64,000 bases of DNA from an uncultured bacterium. GTDB lineage: Bacteria > Verrucomicrobiota > Verrucomicrobiia > Limisphaerales > UBA8199. The stretch spans positions 576,001 to 640,000 of the forward strand of contig CAVVMW010000021.1 in the NCBI GenBank assembly GCA_963749495.1, written 5' to 3'. The position numbers and the translations under genes are program-made. The first letter of the stretch is position 1, and each line of letters begins with the position of its first letter. Positions 40,517 to 50,800 of the stretch are shown here, piece after piece. The notes beneath the pieces are model-generated. The model was given only the letters and a program-made list of their open reading frames with translations. It ran no database searches and was not told the origin of the DNA.

Positions 40517-41377
40517 TCAGGGGCCGGGGCGGGTGGCGTGCCGCTGGATCCAGAGCACGTCCATGCTGTTGGGACAACTGATGAATTTCTGGAACACGGT
40601 CTCGAGCGGCGGCATGGTGCGCCCGTCGCGCCATTTGTGAATTTCGGCGTGTCCGTCGGCAAAGGTGGTGCCGCAGGCGCCGCTGTGGTAGTCGCCGGGC
40701 ACGTTCGGCAGGCTCGCACCGCCGCCGGCGGTCATGTTGATGGCGAAATAGCCGTCGTCGATGCTATCGGACCGCTCATCAATAAACACCAGGGCCTCCG
40801 CCGGCGAGAGCTTCACAATGTCCGTCGTCTTGGCGAACGTGATAAAACCGGAATTCCAAGCCGGGGCATTTTTCCCCATCCAGCAGTTCATCGACATGCT
40901 CCGCACCCGTGGCAGCCTGTGCCCAAGGATCTGGGCCATGCTGTGATCGGCCACGCACTTGTAAACCGCCGCCGATCGCTCATAGGGGCCGATCTGGGAC
41001 CACGTGGGGTCCAGGAGGTAAATGGTGTTGGTATTGTCCGTATTGTTGGGTACGTTGCCTTCGGGGGTCAGCCACCCGGTGATCCAGTTGCCGGAGTTTT
41101 GGACGTGGTTCGCTTCCTCCTGCCAATAGTCACCAGGCAGGAACTCCTTGTTGTCACAGGCGTACATATACCACCCCAGTTGCAGTTGCTTCAAATTGCC
41201 CAGGCAGTGGACGCCCTGCGCCTTGCTCTTGGATTTGGCCAGAGCGGGCAGCAGAAGCGACGCCAGGATGGCGATGATGGCGATTACCACCAATAACTCG
41301 ATCAGGGTAAAGCCGCCGACAGGCCGTGCCGGGTCAGCGCTTTGGCGATGGGGAACAGATTGTGCGGTCCGATTCAT
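40517..41377 (-). CDS. prepilin-type N-terminal cleavage/methylation protein with H-X9-DG motif (DUF1559-like)
   Basis: [30 protein letters not shown]...[26 protein letters not shown]. Confidence 0.92.
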   Translation of the reverse strand: MNRTAQSVPHRQSADPARPVGGFTLIELLVVIAIIAILASLLLPALAKSKSKAQGVHCLGNLKQLQLGWYMYACDNKEFLPGDYWQEEANHVQNSGNWITGWLTPEGNVPNNTDNTNTIYLLDPTWSQIGPYERSAAVYKCVADHSMAQILGHRLPRVRSMSMNCWMGKNAPAWNSGFITFAKTTDIVKLSPAEALVFIDERSDSIDDGYFAINMTAGGGASLPNVPGDYHSGACGTTFADGHAEIHKWRDGRTMPPLETVFQKFISCPNSMDVLWIQRHATRPGP

Positions 41378-41540
41378 GTTGCTCTTGGTTCAGCGCTCAC
41401 GGTTGCCTGGCGGCAGGCTGGTCGATGCCATTTTCGTTAGTCACAATGACACCGCCGCGAGGAATCGCGGATATTTCACGCCATTGTGTTGCCCACGTGC
41501 GCCTTGTCAAGGGCCGTCTTTGGAACCCGACCGCACGGGG

Positions 41541-41743
41541 AGGGTCGTTGACAAAGTTGTAGCGCAGGTTTCCAAACCTGCTGTATCGCCGATTTCCAAT
41601 CGGCGGGACGTTGGCATGTCGAGCGCCCCCGGTTTGCGCACGGCCTGCGGGTTTGGAAACCCGCGATACAGCAGGTTTGGAAACCTGCGCTACGCTGGCG
41701 CCCCTGTCGCCCAGGCGTGCCGAGCGACTTTGTCAATGGCCCT
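41541..41743. mobile_element. MITE-like element enclosing a GTAG REP doublet
   Basis: TIR AGGGTCGTTGACAAAGT / ACTTTGTCAATGGCCCT; internal GTAGCGCAGGTTTCCAAACCTGC ... GCAGGTTTGGAAACCTGCGCTAC. Confidence 0.7.
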
Positions 41744-41791
41744 GGCCGCACGGGGGGTATCTTGAGAGTACCTACCATCCGGTATCCAACC

Positions 41792-44092
41792 CTATTTCTG
41801 GTGTTGTTGGATGGCTTCGATGAATTCGCGCGCTTTTTGATTCTGCGGTTCCAGGCGTCGCGTCGTTTCGAAGTGGGCGAGGGCTTCCTCGATCTGGCCC
41901 TGGCGCGCCAAAGCGATGCCGAGGTTCAGATGGCCCTGAGCCCAGTCGGGGCGAAGGCGCACGACCGCCTCGAATTCCATTCCGGCCTCGTGGAACTTGC
42001 CTTGAAGGGCCAGTTCGAGGCCCAGCCGGTCATGGGCTTCCCAATACGCAGGCCGGAGCCGGATCGCTTCGCGCAGACTTTGGGCCGCCTCAGTCCGCTT
42101 CTCTTGTTCTTCGAACACCTGCGCCCGAAGCAGGCAGATTCGAGCGGGATCCAGGTTGGAACGCCCGGCCAGCGAGTAGGCATGGAGGGCCTCATGGAAC
42201 CGGCCTTGTCTGACGCGAACCTGGCCCAATTCCACATAGATATCGCCTGAGTCTGGCCGCGCGGCCAGGGCAGCCTCGAAGGCCTTGGCGGCCTCTTCGA
42301 AGTGCCCCTGCCGGGCCAGGAGCCGCCCGAGTTGGAAATGACCCGAGTAATGCTGCGGCACCAGGCCGCAAACCATGCGCATCTGCTCCGCGGCCTGGGC
42401 CAGATCGCCGATGGCCGCGAGGAATTCCGCGTAGTTATGGTGCAGCCAGTGGTCCCTGGGTCGCTTTTGGATAGCCTGTTGATAAGTCAGGCGCGCTGCC
42501 CGGACAGCCTGCGCCTGCAGGCGGCCCTTGCACTCGGTCAGACGCATCTCCAGCTTGCGGAGAGAAACCGCATGGCCGGCCTGGTTGGTGAAGGGCGCAT
42601 CGGATATGCGCCGCTCGATGTCCTCCAAAATCGTGCAGCGGTTCCAATCCGTCAGCCCGAGGTCTCGCGCGCAGGTTGCCGCATCTTCCCACGAGGGATT
42701 CCGGCCGCCCGAGAGTCTCCCGGGCAGGACGGTCACGGCCTTCTCAGCCAGCGCGCGCGCCAACTGGTAATTTCCCTCGAAGTTCAGGTGCACGTGCTCG
42801 TAAAAGCATTCGTCCCCGGTGACGTGGCTCGCGCTCAGCGGCGCCAGCGCCGCTTCCGCGTCCAGGAAGACCACTCCTTGGCCTGCGTAGCGCCCGGCGA
42901 CCTCGCGAATAATCCGGTTGATGGCCGTGTCCGCGCGGAAGAGCAAGCTGTCCGAATCCCGTGCCCTTCGGAAGCTTTGTGCCGCGGCGCCGGTATTGGT
43001 CATTTCAAGAAGACACTGGCCGAGCCGGAAATGGCCTTCCGCGTAGAGCGGGCTGAGTTGGGCCGCCGCCCGGTATTGCTCGAGGGCTTGGGTAAAATCT
43101 CCCCGCTCCAGGTTGGTCAGGCCGGTCTGGAATCGCCTCTCCCACTCCGCCTGCCTCGAGCCCTGGAGGGCGGGCGCATGGACCGAGGCGAAAGGCGCGC
43201 AATCCTTCAGGTTGCTCGCCACGCCGCTGAGCACCACCGGCACTCCCCACCGCCTGGCAACCAGCACGATGTCCTCCATGTTGCGGCGAAAACTGGCATA
43301 GATCCTCTCTTTGCGAGGGTCGGCGGGTGAAACCTGCTGATCCAGGAACACGCGCATGCCACCCCAAGCGGTCGGGCTGTTGGCGCTGTGGTTAAGCCGC
43401 CGGGCCAGCGCCATTAACAACTGCCCGGTCCGGGTCCGTTGCAAGGCCAGGTAAGCGCGAACGGTCCAATTCGCGGGCGCGGCGGGTCCGAAAACAGTGT
43501 TGGCGCCAAAGGGGCCTACAAACTCGTTGTGCCCCGTGTAGATTATCCACAGGTCACCCTGGTATCGGGCGCACTCCCGGGCGATCGGCAGGAGGCCGTG
43601 CGAGTTGATTGCCGTAGTGCCGACGCAAACCACCTCGAACTGCCGCTCTGGAAATCGAGCCCTCAACAAGGCCTCCAGGCACCGCCCCATCCCATAAGCG
43701 GGCCGTGGATCTCCCATGGCCGCCGATTCCCCAAACAGGAAGATGCGACAGACTCCCTTTGGCTTGGGGGTTTGCACGACCAAAGGGCTTGGGCTGCGGG
43801 CTTGGGCGGGCGCGAAGAAGCTCAATCCGAACCAGGGGTTCTCCACCAAGACCGCCTTGCCGCCTATCTCCCGAGGAAGGAAAAACGACGTCGGATGGCC
43901 AAAGCCGCCCGCCCGCAGAATCACCTCGAGCAGGACTAGCGGGAGCAGCACCACCACCAGCGCCAGAAGCCTGAATAGCCACCGATACCCTCGCGGAACG
44001 CCGGATGAAGCTGAGGCCCCGGGTGCCGGCAGCCCCGATACGGGGTCTGGCTTGCTTTCTGGCGCTTTGCCGGCCCGGCGATTCGCTTTCAA
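41792..44092 (-). CDS. membrane-anchored SGNH/GDSL-like + TPR protein
   Basis: TM helix; FLFGESAAMG (block I), YTGHNEF (III), FYEHVH (V); inserted and C-terminal TPRs. Confidence 0.8.
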   Translation of the reverse strand: MKANRRAGKAPESKPDPVSGLPAPGASASSGVPRGYRWLFRLLALVVVLLPLVLLEVILRAGGFGHPTSFFLPREIGGKAVLVENPWFGLSFFAPAQARSPSPLVVQTPKPKGVCRIFLFGESAAMGDPRPAYGMGRCLEALLRARFPERQFEVVCVGTTAINSHGLLPIARECARYQGDLWIIYTGHNEFVGPFGANTVFGPAAPANWTVRAYLALQRTRTGQLLMALARRLNHSANSPTAWGGMRVFLDQQVSPADPRKERIYASFRRNMEDIVLVARRWGVPVVLSGVASNLKDCAPFASVHAPALQGSRQAEWERRFQTGLTNLERGDFTQALEQYRAAAQLSPLYAEGHFRLGQCLLEMTNTGAAAQSFRRARDSDSLLFRADTAINRIIREVAGRYAGQGVVFLDAEAALAPLSASHVTGDECFYEHVHLNFEGNYQLARALAEKAVTVLPGRLSGGRNPSWEDAATCARDLGLTDWNRCTILEDIERRISDAPFTNQAGHAVSLRKLEMRLTECKGRLQAQAVRAARLTYQQAIQKRPRDHWLHHNYAEFLAAIGDLAQAAEQMRMVCGLVPQHYSGHFQLGRLLARQGHFEEAAKAFEAALAARPDSGDIYVELGQVRVRQGRFHEALHAYSLAGRSNLDPARICLLRAQVFEEQEKRTEAAQSLREAIRLRPAYWEAHDRLGLELALQGKFHEAGMEFEAVVRLRPDWAQGHLNLGIALARQGQIEEALAHFETTRRLEPQNQKAREFIEAIQQHQK

Positions 44093-44276
44093 CGAGGCAC
44101 GACCTTAGGGTTTCCCGCCCCCGACGGCAAGCCGAGAGTGCGGGCGCATCCCGACACGGACGTAGGACAAGAATCTTCACAAAATGGGTCTTGCTAGGCT
44201 TTCGTCACAAAGAGCATGTAGGAATCCAGACACGAACTGGCACGGACCCGGTCGATGCCGCCGCATCAGGCCACAT

Positions 44277-44364
44277 CTTCGTTTCCTTCGTTTCCTTCTG
44301 TTTTGTTCCTGTGCCCAGCCGGCGGGATGCAGGAAAAGAACAGAAGGAAACGAAGGAAACGAAG
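44277..44364. repeat. inverted repeat built from 9-mers (CTTCGTTTC)n ... (GAAACGAAG)n
   Basis: CTTCGTTTCCTTCGTTTCCTTCTGTT ... AACAGAAGGAAACGAAGGAAACGAAG between divergent paralogues. Confidence 0.8.
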
Positions 44365-44550
44365 GATCGAAGACCCGGATCGGCTCGGAGGGTTGCGATC
44401 TGGAGGTCCGAGAAGCATTCTGTCTCACACCCTCTCCACTGTAATCAGGCCTTCGGCCTGAACACCGGCAGAAACTGATCGGACTGGACGCTCGATGGGG
44501 CGGGGGCTAACCTCACAGCGTTGCGCAGAGTCACTTCACAGCGTAAACCC

Positions 44551-46587
44551 ATGTCGGCGACGCGAGATCCCGCGCCGGCCAGCGGCGGGGGCACGGCGAC
44601 GTCGCGTCGGCGGATGTGGTTCCGCCTGGTGTCCGCGGTGGGGATTCCATTGGTCTTCTTGCTGTCGGCCGAGGGCGTCCTGCGGTTGGCAGGCCAGGGG
44701 TATTCTCCCCATTTCTTCGAGAAACGGATGATCCAGGGCCGCGCCAGTTGGACCGACAATCAGGATTATGGCCGGCGTTTCTTTCCGCGCGGGCTGGTCC
44801 GGTATCCACGGCCCTTCACGATACCGGTGGTGATGGAGCCGAACACGCTGCGCATTTTCGTGCTCGGCGAGTCGGCGGCGATGGGTGACCCGGACTTCAA
44901 GTTTGGCCTGCCGCGGATGGTGGAAGTGCTGATGCGCGAGCGTTTTCCCGGCCGGCGAATCGAGGTGATCAACGCCGCCATGGTGGCGATCAACTCCCAT
45001 GTCATCCTGCCGATTGCCCGGGACTGCGCTCAAAAGCATGGAGACCTGTGGGTCGTCTATATGGGGAACAACGAAGTCATCGGGCCGTTTGGCTCGATCT
45101 CGGTCTTCGGCGCGCGGGCGCCCGCCCTGCCCCTGGTCCGGGCCGCGTTGTGGGTGAAGGCGACAAGGCTGGGCCAGTTGCTGGACGGGGCGCTGGATTT
45201 CGCGTTCCAGGCGAACCGGCCTTTGCCGGAGTGGACCGGGATGGCAATGATGGCGGACCTGAAGATTCGTCATGACGCGCCGGCGAGCCAGAGGGTCTAT
45301 CGGCATTTCGAGAGAAACCTGGCCGACCTGCTGGCGACTGGCGCGCGCGCCGGCGTGCCGATCCTTCTCTGCACGGTCGCCGCCAACCTCAAGGATTGCG
45401 CGCCCTTCGCATCGCTGCACCGGCCGGGCCTTTCTGACGCCGAGTTGGCCCAGTGGCAGGCCGCGTATGACGCGGGAGTCGCGTGGCAGGACCAAGCCAA
45501 ACCGGCCGAGGCCAAGGCGGCTTACGAACGGGCCGCCGGGATTGACGGCGAGTTTGCCGAGCTGGCCTTTCGCCGGGCCGAATGCTGCCGCCTGCTGGGG
45601 CAGGATGCCGAGGCGGCGGCCCTGTTTGGCCTGGCCCGCGACAATGACGCGCTCCAGTTCCGCGCCGACGCGCGGATCAACGGGATCATCCGGCGGGCAG
45701 CGGCCGCATTCGCCGCCCGGGGGGTGGGCTTGCTGGACGCCGAGGCACTCTTTGCCGCAAACAGCGAGCAGGGAGTGCCGGGCGCCCAATACTTTTATGA
45801 GCATGTCCACATGACGCCGGAGGGGAACTACCTCCTGGCCCGGGCGGTGGCGGAGCAGGCTGCCCGGGCACTCTCGTTGGGCGAATCCGGCCAATGGCTT
45901 TCGCAGGCAGAATGCCTGCGGCTGCTGGGATTGACGGACCGGAATCGCTACGAGGCGCTGGATGTGATACGGGAACGTCTGGAGGGGCCGCCTTTTACGA
46001 GCCAGGTTGGTCACGCCCGCGACCTGCAGCGAATCAACGAGCAACTGGCCCGGCACCGGCTCGGCAGCAAGCCGGCCCAGGTGCGGCGCGACATAAAGCA
46101 GCTCTCCGAGTTGGTTGCCCGTCACCCCGAAGACACGGACCTGCGCTGGAACCTGGCCGCAGCGTTGGAAAACGGCGGCGACGCACCATCGGCCGAGCAA
46201 CAGTGGCGGGCGCTGATCGCCATGCAGCCGCAGGCCGCGTTGCCTCGCATCAACCTGGCCAAACTGCTCGAGGGCCTTGGCCGCCAGGCCGAGGCCTTCA
46301 CACTCTACAGTGAGGGCCTGCGCATAAACCCTGAGTATTACCCCGCCCGCTACGCGCTGGGCTCACTCTGCCTGCGAATGGGCTCCTTGCGGGAGGCCAT
46401 CCACCACTTGAAACAGGCGGTGCGGCAAAAGGCAAGTTCGATCGATGCCCGCCTGACTTTGTGCCAGGCCCTGGCCCGGGCAAAGCGGCCGGCTGAAGCG
46501 CAGAAACAGGCCCTCGAAATCCTGCGCCTCGACCCGAATAACGCGCCGGCGCGGGCCCTGCTCGAGAGCCTGCGCCAGGCGCGGTAG
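44551..46587 (+). CDS. membrane-anchored SGNH/GDSL-like + TPR protein (paralogue)
   Basis: FVLGESAAMGDP, YMGNNEV, NLKDCAPFAS, FYEHVH, TPRs. Confidence 0.8.
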   Translation: MSATRDPAPASGGGTATSRRRMWFRLVSAVGIPLVFLLSAEGVLRLAGQGYSPHFFEKRMIQGRASWTDNQDYGRRFFPRGLVRYPRPFTIPVVMEPNTLRIFVLGESAAMGDPDFKFGLPRMVEVLMRERFPGRRIEVINAAMVAINSHVILPIARDCAQKHGDLWVVYMGNNEVIGPFGSISVFGARAPALPLVRAALWVKATRLGQLLDGALDFAFQANRPLPEWTGMAMMADLKIRHDAPASQRVYRHFERNLADLLATGARAGVPILLCTVAANLKDCAPFASLHRPGLSDAELAQWQAAYDAGVAWQDQAKPAEAKAAYERAAGIDGEFAELAFRRAECCRLLGQDAEAAALFGLARDNDALQFRADARINGIIRRAAAAFAARGVGLLDAEALFAANSEQGVPGAQYFYEHVHMTPEGNYLLARAVAEQAARALSLGESGQWLSQAECLRLLGLTDRNRYEALDVIRERLEGPPFTSQVGHARDLQRINEQLARHRLGSKPAQVRRDIKQLSELVARHPEDTDLRWNLAAALENGGDAPSAEQQWRALIAMQPQAALPRINLAKLLEGLGRQAEAFTLYSEGLRINPEYYPARYALGSLCLRMGSLREAIHHLKQAVRQKASSIDARLTLCQALARAKRPAEAQKQALEILRLDPNNAPARALLESLRQAR

Positions 46588-46610
46588 CGCTCCCGACGAA
46601 CCCCATAGAC

Positions 46611-47471
46611 CTATCGCTTGCTATCCTGCGGCCCGGACCCGCGGGCCTGGATCGCCGCGAGCGCCGACTTGGCCGGTCCAAAGTCCGGTTTCAGACGCAG
46701 GACGGTTTCAAACTCACTCCGCGCCTTGCTGACTTGTCCGGCTTGCAGGCAATTCATCCCGAGGTTGAAGTGCGCCTGCCAGTAGTCCGGATTGAGTTTG
46801 ACGGCTTGTTGAAAGTGCGCCGAGGCGGCGTCGGCCCGCCCGAGCTTCTGCAACGCGGTGCCCAGATTGTTGTGGGCGGAGGCATAATCGGGCATGAGTT
46901 TCACCGCCTGCTCGAGGTGCTGGATGGCTTCCTCGTTCCGCCCGAGATGCATTAGGGCATTGCCCAGATTGTTGTGGGCCTCGGCATAGTCTGGAAGAAG
47001 GCGCAGGGCCTCCCCGTATTGCTGGGCGGCTTCCTCGAATCTGCCCTGCCGCGCCAGGGCCAATCCCAGGTTGTAATGAACGTCCTCGTCCTGCGGCTTC
47101 AATCGCATCGCCTCGGTCAGGGCCTGGGCGGCCTCGGCCGGTTTGCCATCATCGAGCAGTTCGCTGGCGCGGTTCATCTGGACGGTGAACTCCGGCTGGC
47201 CGTTGGCAGCGCGGGTAGCGGGTTGGGCGGCTGGCGCGTCGGAGGGCAGCCCTGCCTGGGCGAGCGGAGGCGCCGCCGCCTCCATCGGCGTTTGGCCTGA
47301 AGGCCTCGATGACCTCAGGGCGAACCAGACCGCCAGGGCAATGGCGCCCAAAACAGGGAGAAGCGCCAGTCTCCAGCGGGACCGGCCGCTAGCTGGGGGC
47401 GCCGCGGAACGAGGGCGGTTTCCGCCCTGTTGATGGGACGGACGACGGCGCTGGTTGTGCCTGGCCTTCAT
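46611..47471 (-). CDS. membrane-anchored tetratricopeptide repeat protein
   Basis: Basic N-terminus, TM LALLPVLGAIALAVWFAL, five PDYAEAHNNLG-type TPRs; the upstream ORF extension is repeat-derived. Confidence 0.85.
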   Translation of the reverse strand: MKARHNQRRRPSHQQGGNRPRSAAPPASGRSRWRLALLPVLGAIALAVWFALRSSRPSGQTPMEAAAPPLAQAGLPSDAPAAQPATRAANGQPEFTVQMNRASELLDDGKPAEAAQALTEAMRLKPQDEDVHYNLGLALARQGRFEEAAQQYGEALRLLPDYAEAHNNLGNALMHLGRNEEAIQHLEQAVKLMPDYASAHNNLGTALQKLGRADAASAHFQQAVKLNPDYWQAHFNLGMNCLQAGQVSKARSEFETVLRLKPDFGPAKSALAAIQARGSGPQDSKR

Positions 47472-47592
47472 ACCTGTCGAGAGGATTCTAAAGCCTGTAC
47501 CATGGCGGGCAATAACAACCTGCGCTCGGTTGCAGCTTGGGGCCGATTCAAGAAGCACACGATTTGGAGCGCGGTGTCGGGAATCCCGCAAG

Positions 47593-47681
47593 GTTTTGGA
47601 CTGCGGTCCCGATGCAGTATCGGGACCGTTTTTCGGACCCTTGGGACGCGACAGCGGCAGAGGACTGCCGCAGTCCAAAAC
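47593..47681. repeat. REP-like element (GTTTTGGACTGCGG ... CCGCAGTCCAAAAC)
   Basis: 14-bp terminal inverted repeat with internal hairpins. Confidence 0.6.
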
Positions 47682-47771
47682 GCAAGCGAGCGCCGGACAT
47701 GTGTCCAACTTCCCCGCCGACTCCCAAAGGGCCTGCCCGCAGTGCCGCTTCCGCCTTCACCGAGGCCTTGC

Positions 47772-47841
47772 AAAAAAGAGGCCGGGCTTTCGCCCGGCCT
47801 TTGGTTGAAAGGAGGGTCAAGCCGGGCGGTCGCCCGGCTCG
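47772..47841. terminator. double hairpin, probable bidirectional intrinsic terminator
   Basis: AAAAAAGA-GGCCGGGC-TTTC-GCCCGGCC-TTTGGTT and a second GCCGGGCG..CGCCCGGC hairpin; duplicated at ~58796..58862. Confidence 0.65.
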
Positions 47842-47862
47842 ATTCGTGTTGCGCCCCTGGCC

Positions 47863-50800
47863 TTATGGGCCGGCGCGGTAGAAGGCCGTTGGCGCACCCG
47901 CCGGGACGGTGTACGGGCTGGTCGCGCCGGTGACAACTGTCCACGGGCCTTTAAGAGACGGGGCCGAGTAGAGGTTGCCCGTGAAGGTGATGCTGGCGGT
48001 CGTACCCGCCCGGGCGATGCCCAGGGCCGGATGACTGGATGGAGGCGCGAGGGTGGGGTTCACCAATTGGACTGCGTTGATCGGGGCGCGCGGCGTGCTG
48101 CTCATACCCCGGGCGCTAGTGGTGCCCAAGCCGTTGGCAGTCGAGGCCTGGATGGTGATGTTGGCGGAGGTGAGTCCTTTGAACAGGATGTAGTTCCCGG
48201 ACCCGTAGGCGGTCGGGCTCGTGTTGTCCGGCACGGGGGCATAACCGGGAGCAAACCACGGCGTGGTGGCGTACACCCAGTCCTTGAGCACGCTGCCGGT
48301 AACGGCATCCACGATGCGGTAGCCGCCGCCGCGCGTGGCAACGCTGCCGCAGGCATAGACATAAACATCGTAACCCGAGGAGGCCACGGTGGCGGGGATG
48401 TTCGTGATGGTCACCGTAGTGGTGGTGGCATCGCCCGAGTCGAGGTAGCCGGTCATGAGCACGGCGTCCTGGCCATTCAAGATGTTGTTGCTCTCGCCGC
48501 TCTCACCCAGGGTGGCCCAGGTGCCGTTCGCGGCCCAGGTCACCCCCACCGTCGTCGGCACGGCAGTGCCGGACTGGTCGGCCACCAGCTTGTTGGCTGT
48601 GCCGCTGGCGCCGCTGAGGTTATTCCAGTTTGCCTGGGCGATGCCGGGAACGCCGGCAACGGCCGTTGCCGCCAGCGACGAGGGGTAGGTGGTATAGTCG
48701 GCCCCGAATTTCAGGCCGAGGCTGAGGGTGCGCGTGGCCGCCAGCGGAGTTGGCCAGGTGTTGCCGTAATTGCGCATTTTCGCCAGAAACCGGCCGCGCA
48801 GAGCCGCATTATTAGTGCTGAAGTTGCCGGTTTCAGGGGAGTATTCCGGTCCCACATAGACGGTGCTTGGCATCGGCGGGGCGTTCGTGTCGTCATTCCA
48901 CACGGTGGTGCCCATCCACACCCAATTCTGACCGTCATCGGAGCGGAAGTAGCTAAAGTTCGTGCTCCATTGGCGCTGCAGGCGGCACCAGACGTTAGGA
49001 TACAACGGACCGACGCCATTGTAATCCAGCGCGGTGCAACCGCCGCCCACTTGCAAGCGGCGATTGGTCTCCCAACTGTTGTTGCCATTGGCGTCCGTCA
49101 GCGTGTATCCGACCGGGTTTGCATGGATCTTCTGGTAGCGCCCGGCGAGGCCGTCTGTAGGAAAGGTGGGCGTGTTGCTGAGGCCCTGGCTGCCCTCCTG
49201 CTTGCTAGCGTCCATCCCGAAGACGCTCAGGTCCTCTCTCATGATGAGGCCGCGCGGGCCCACTCGCTGGAGAGATCCTGGTAAACGACCTGCAGCTTCT
49301 TGTCGAAGTCGCCCGTGATCGGCTCATAGACGAACGTGGTTTCATCGTAGTTGTTCCATTCGGCCCAACCGTCCGAATAGAGATCGAAGCCGTTGGTGCC
49401 CACGGCCACCACGCCATATCCAGCGGGGAAACCACCCACATAATTAGGCGGCCCTGGATAGTCGGTGGGGTCTGCCGCCGTTTCATCACCGCCGACTTCG
49501 CCCCAGGCCATGCCGGAAACGGTGAACTCGATGTTGGTCGAGCCCATCGTGTTGCCCCAGTAGTCCACCGCGCTTTTGACCGTGGCCGTCGCGGTGGCTC
49601 CCGCGGTCAGGCCGCTGGCCGTCAGGACCACCGCCGGCGAATTGGTCATGATGTTGATGGCCTGAATCGTCCCAGTCGAGAGCGCATAATTGGTTGCGGC
49701 CGTCGCCGAGGCCCAGTTCAACGGTTTGTCGAAGAGGATGCCGACGTCGAAGGTGCCGGCCTGGTTCTTGAGGGCGCCGGCCCCCAGGACCACCGGCGGG
49801 GACGTGTCTGGTACGACCGTCAGCGTTACCGCCGAACTGGTCACTGCCACGGGACCCATCCTGCAAACCACTTGGAACTTGGTGCCGCTGTCAGTCAGCC
49901 ACACGACCGGGACCGTATAGGGATTCGATGTGGCGCCGGCGATGTTCGTGAAGGTGCTGCTGCCCGGCGGGGCGCTTTGCCACTGGTAGGACACTGTGCT
50001 GGCGTAGGGGCTGCTCGCGGTCGCACCCACACTGAACGTAACGGACCTCCCCTCAACCCCGGTCGTGTCCGCCGGTTGGTTAGTGATTGTCAACGATGAC
50101 CCGGCCGGATTGAGGCTGACGCCGACCACGCTGCCCGTCAGCTTGCTCACGTCGCCATCGGCCGGAACAGCGACCGCGCCCCCCGAGTAGGTCGCGCCGT
50201 ACCAATCTCCGCCGGACCAACTGTGGTCATGGTGGAAAAGGATCAGATAATACTTGTTGCCCGCGGTCAGGGTGATGGTGTTGCCATTGGGCCATGCGGG
50301 TGGGGAGTAGGTGGCGGAATTCCAATTCGCCGGGGCCGGAACAGTCGGAGCAGCGGTGTTGCCCGTTTGCATAGTGTTCCAGTCGCGGTTGTTGCTCCAG
50401 TTACCCGGCTCCGCGGCAATCTCGTACATGTTCGCCGGATTGTCGTCCGTGCTCAGGTACATATACCATTCGTCGTCCCCGCACGAATAAAACACGTAGT
50501 CGCCCGATGTTGGCGGGATGAAATAGCCTTCCAGCGAATCATAGTACATGCTCTTATTCGGATCGGCAGCGATTGTGCCGGCATCGTTGGGCGGCCACTC
50601 CCAGGTTGAGACGAGATCCACCGCGTCAGGGTTGTTGGGATAGCGCGGGTCCGCAAAAAGGTTGGCGAGTGTGAAACCGTCCGGCGAACAGTTGTAGTAC
50701 ACTTTGTGCAGAATCGTATTGGCCTCATACACAAAGCTCCTGAACTGGACCTGGGTATTGGGGGCAATCACGTTGCCGGGCACGTCCTTGACGTTGTTCA

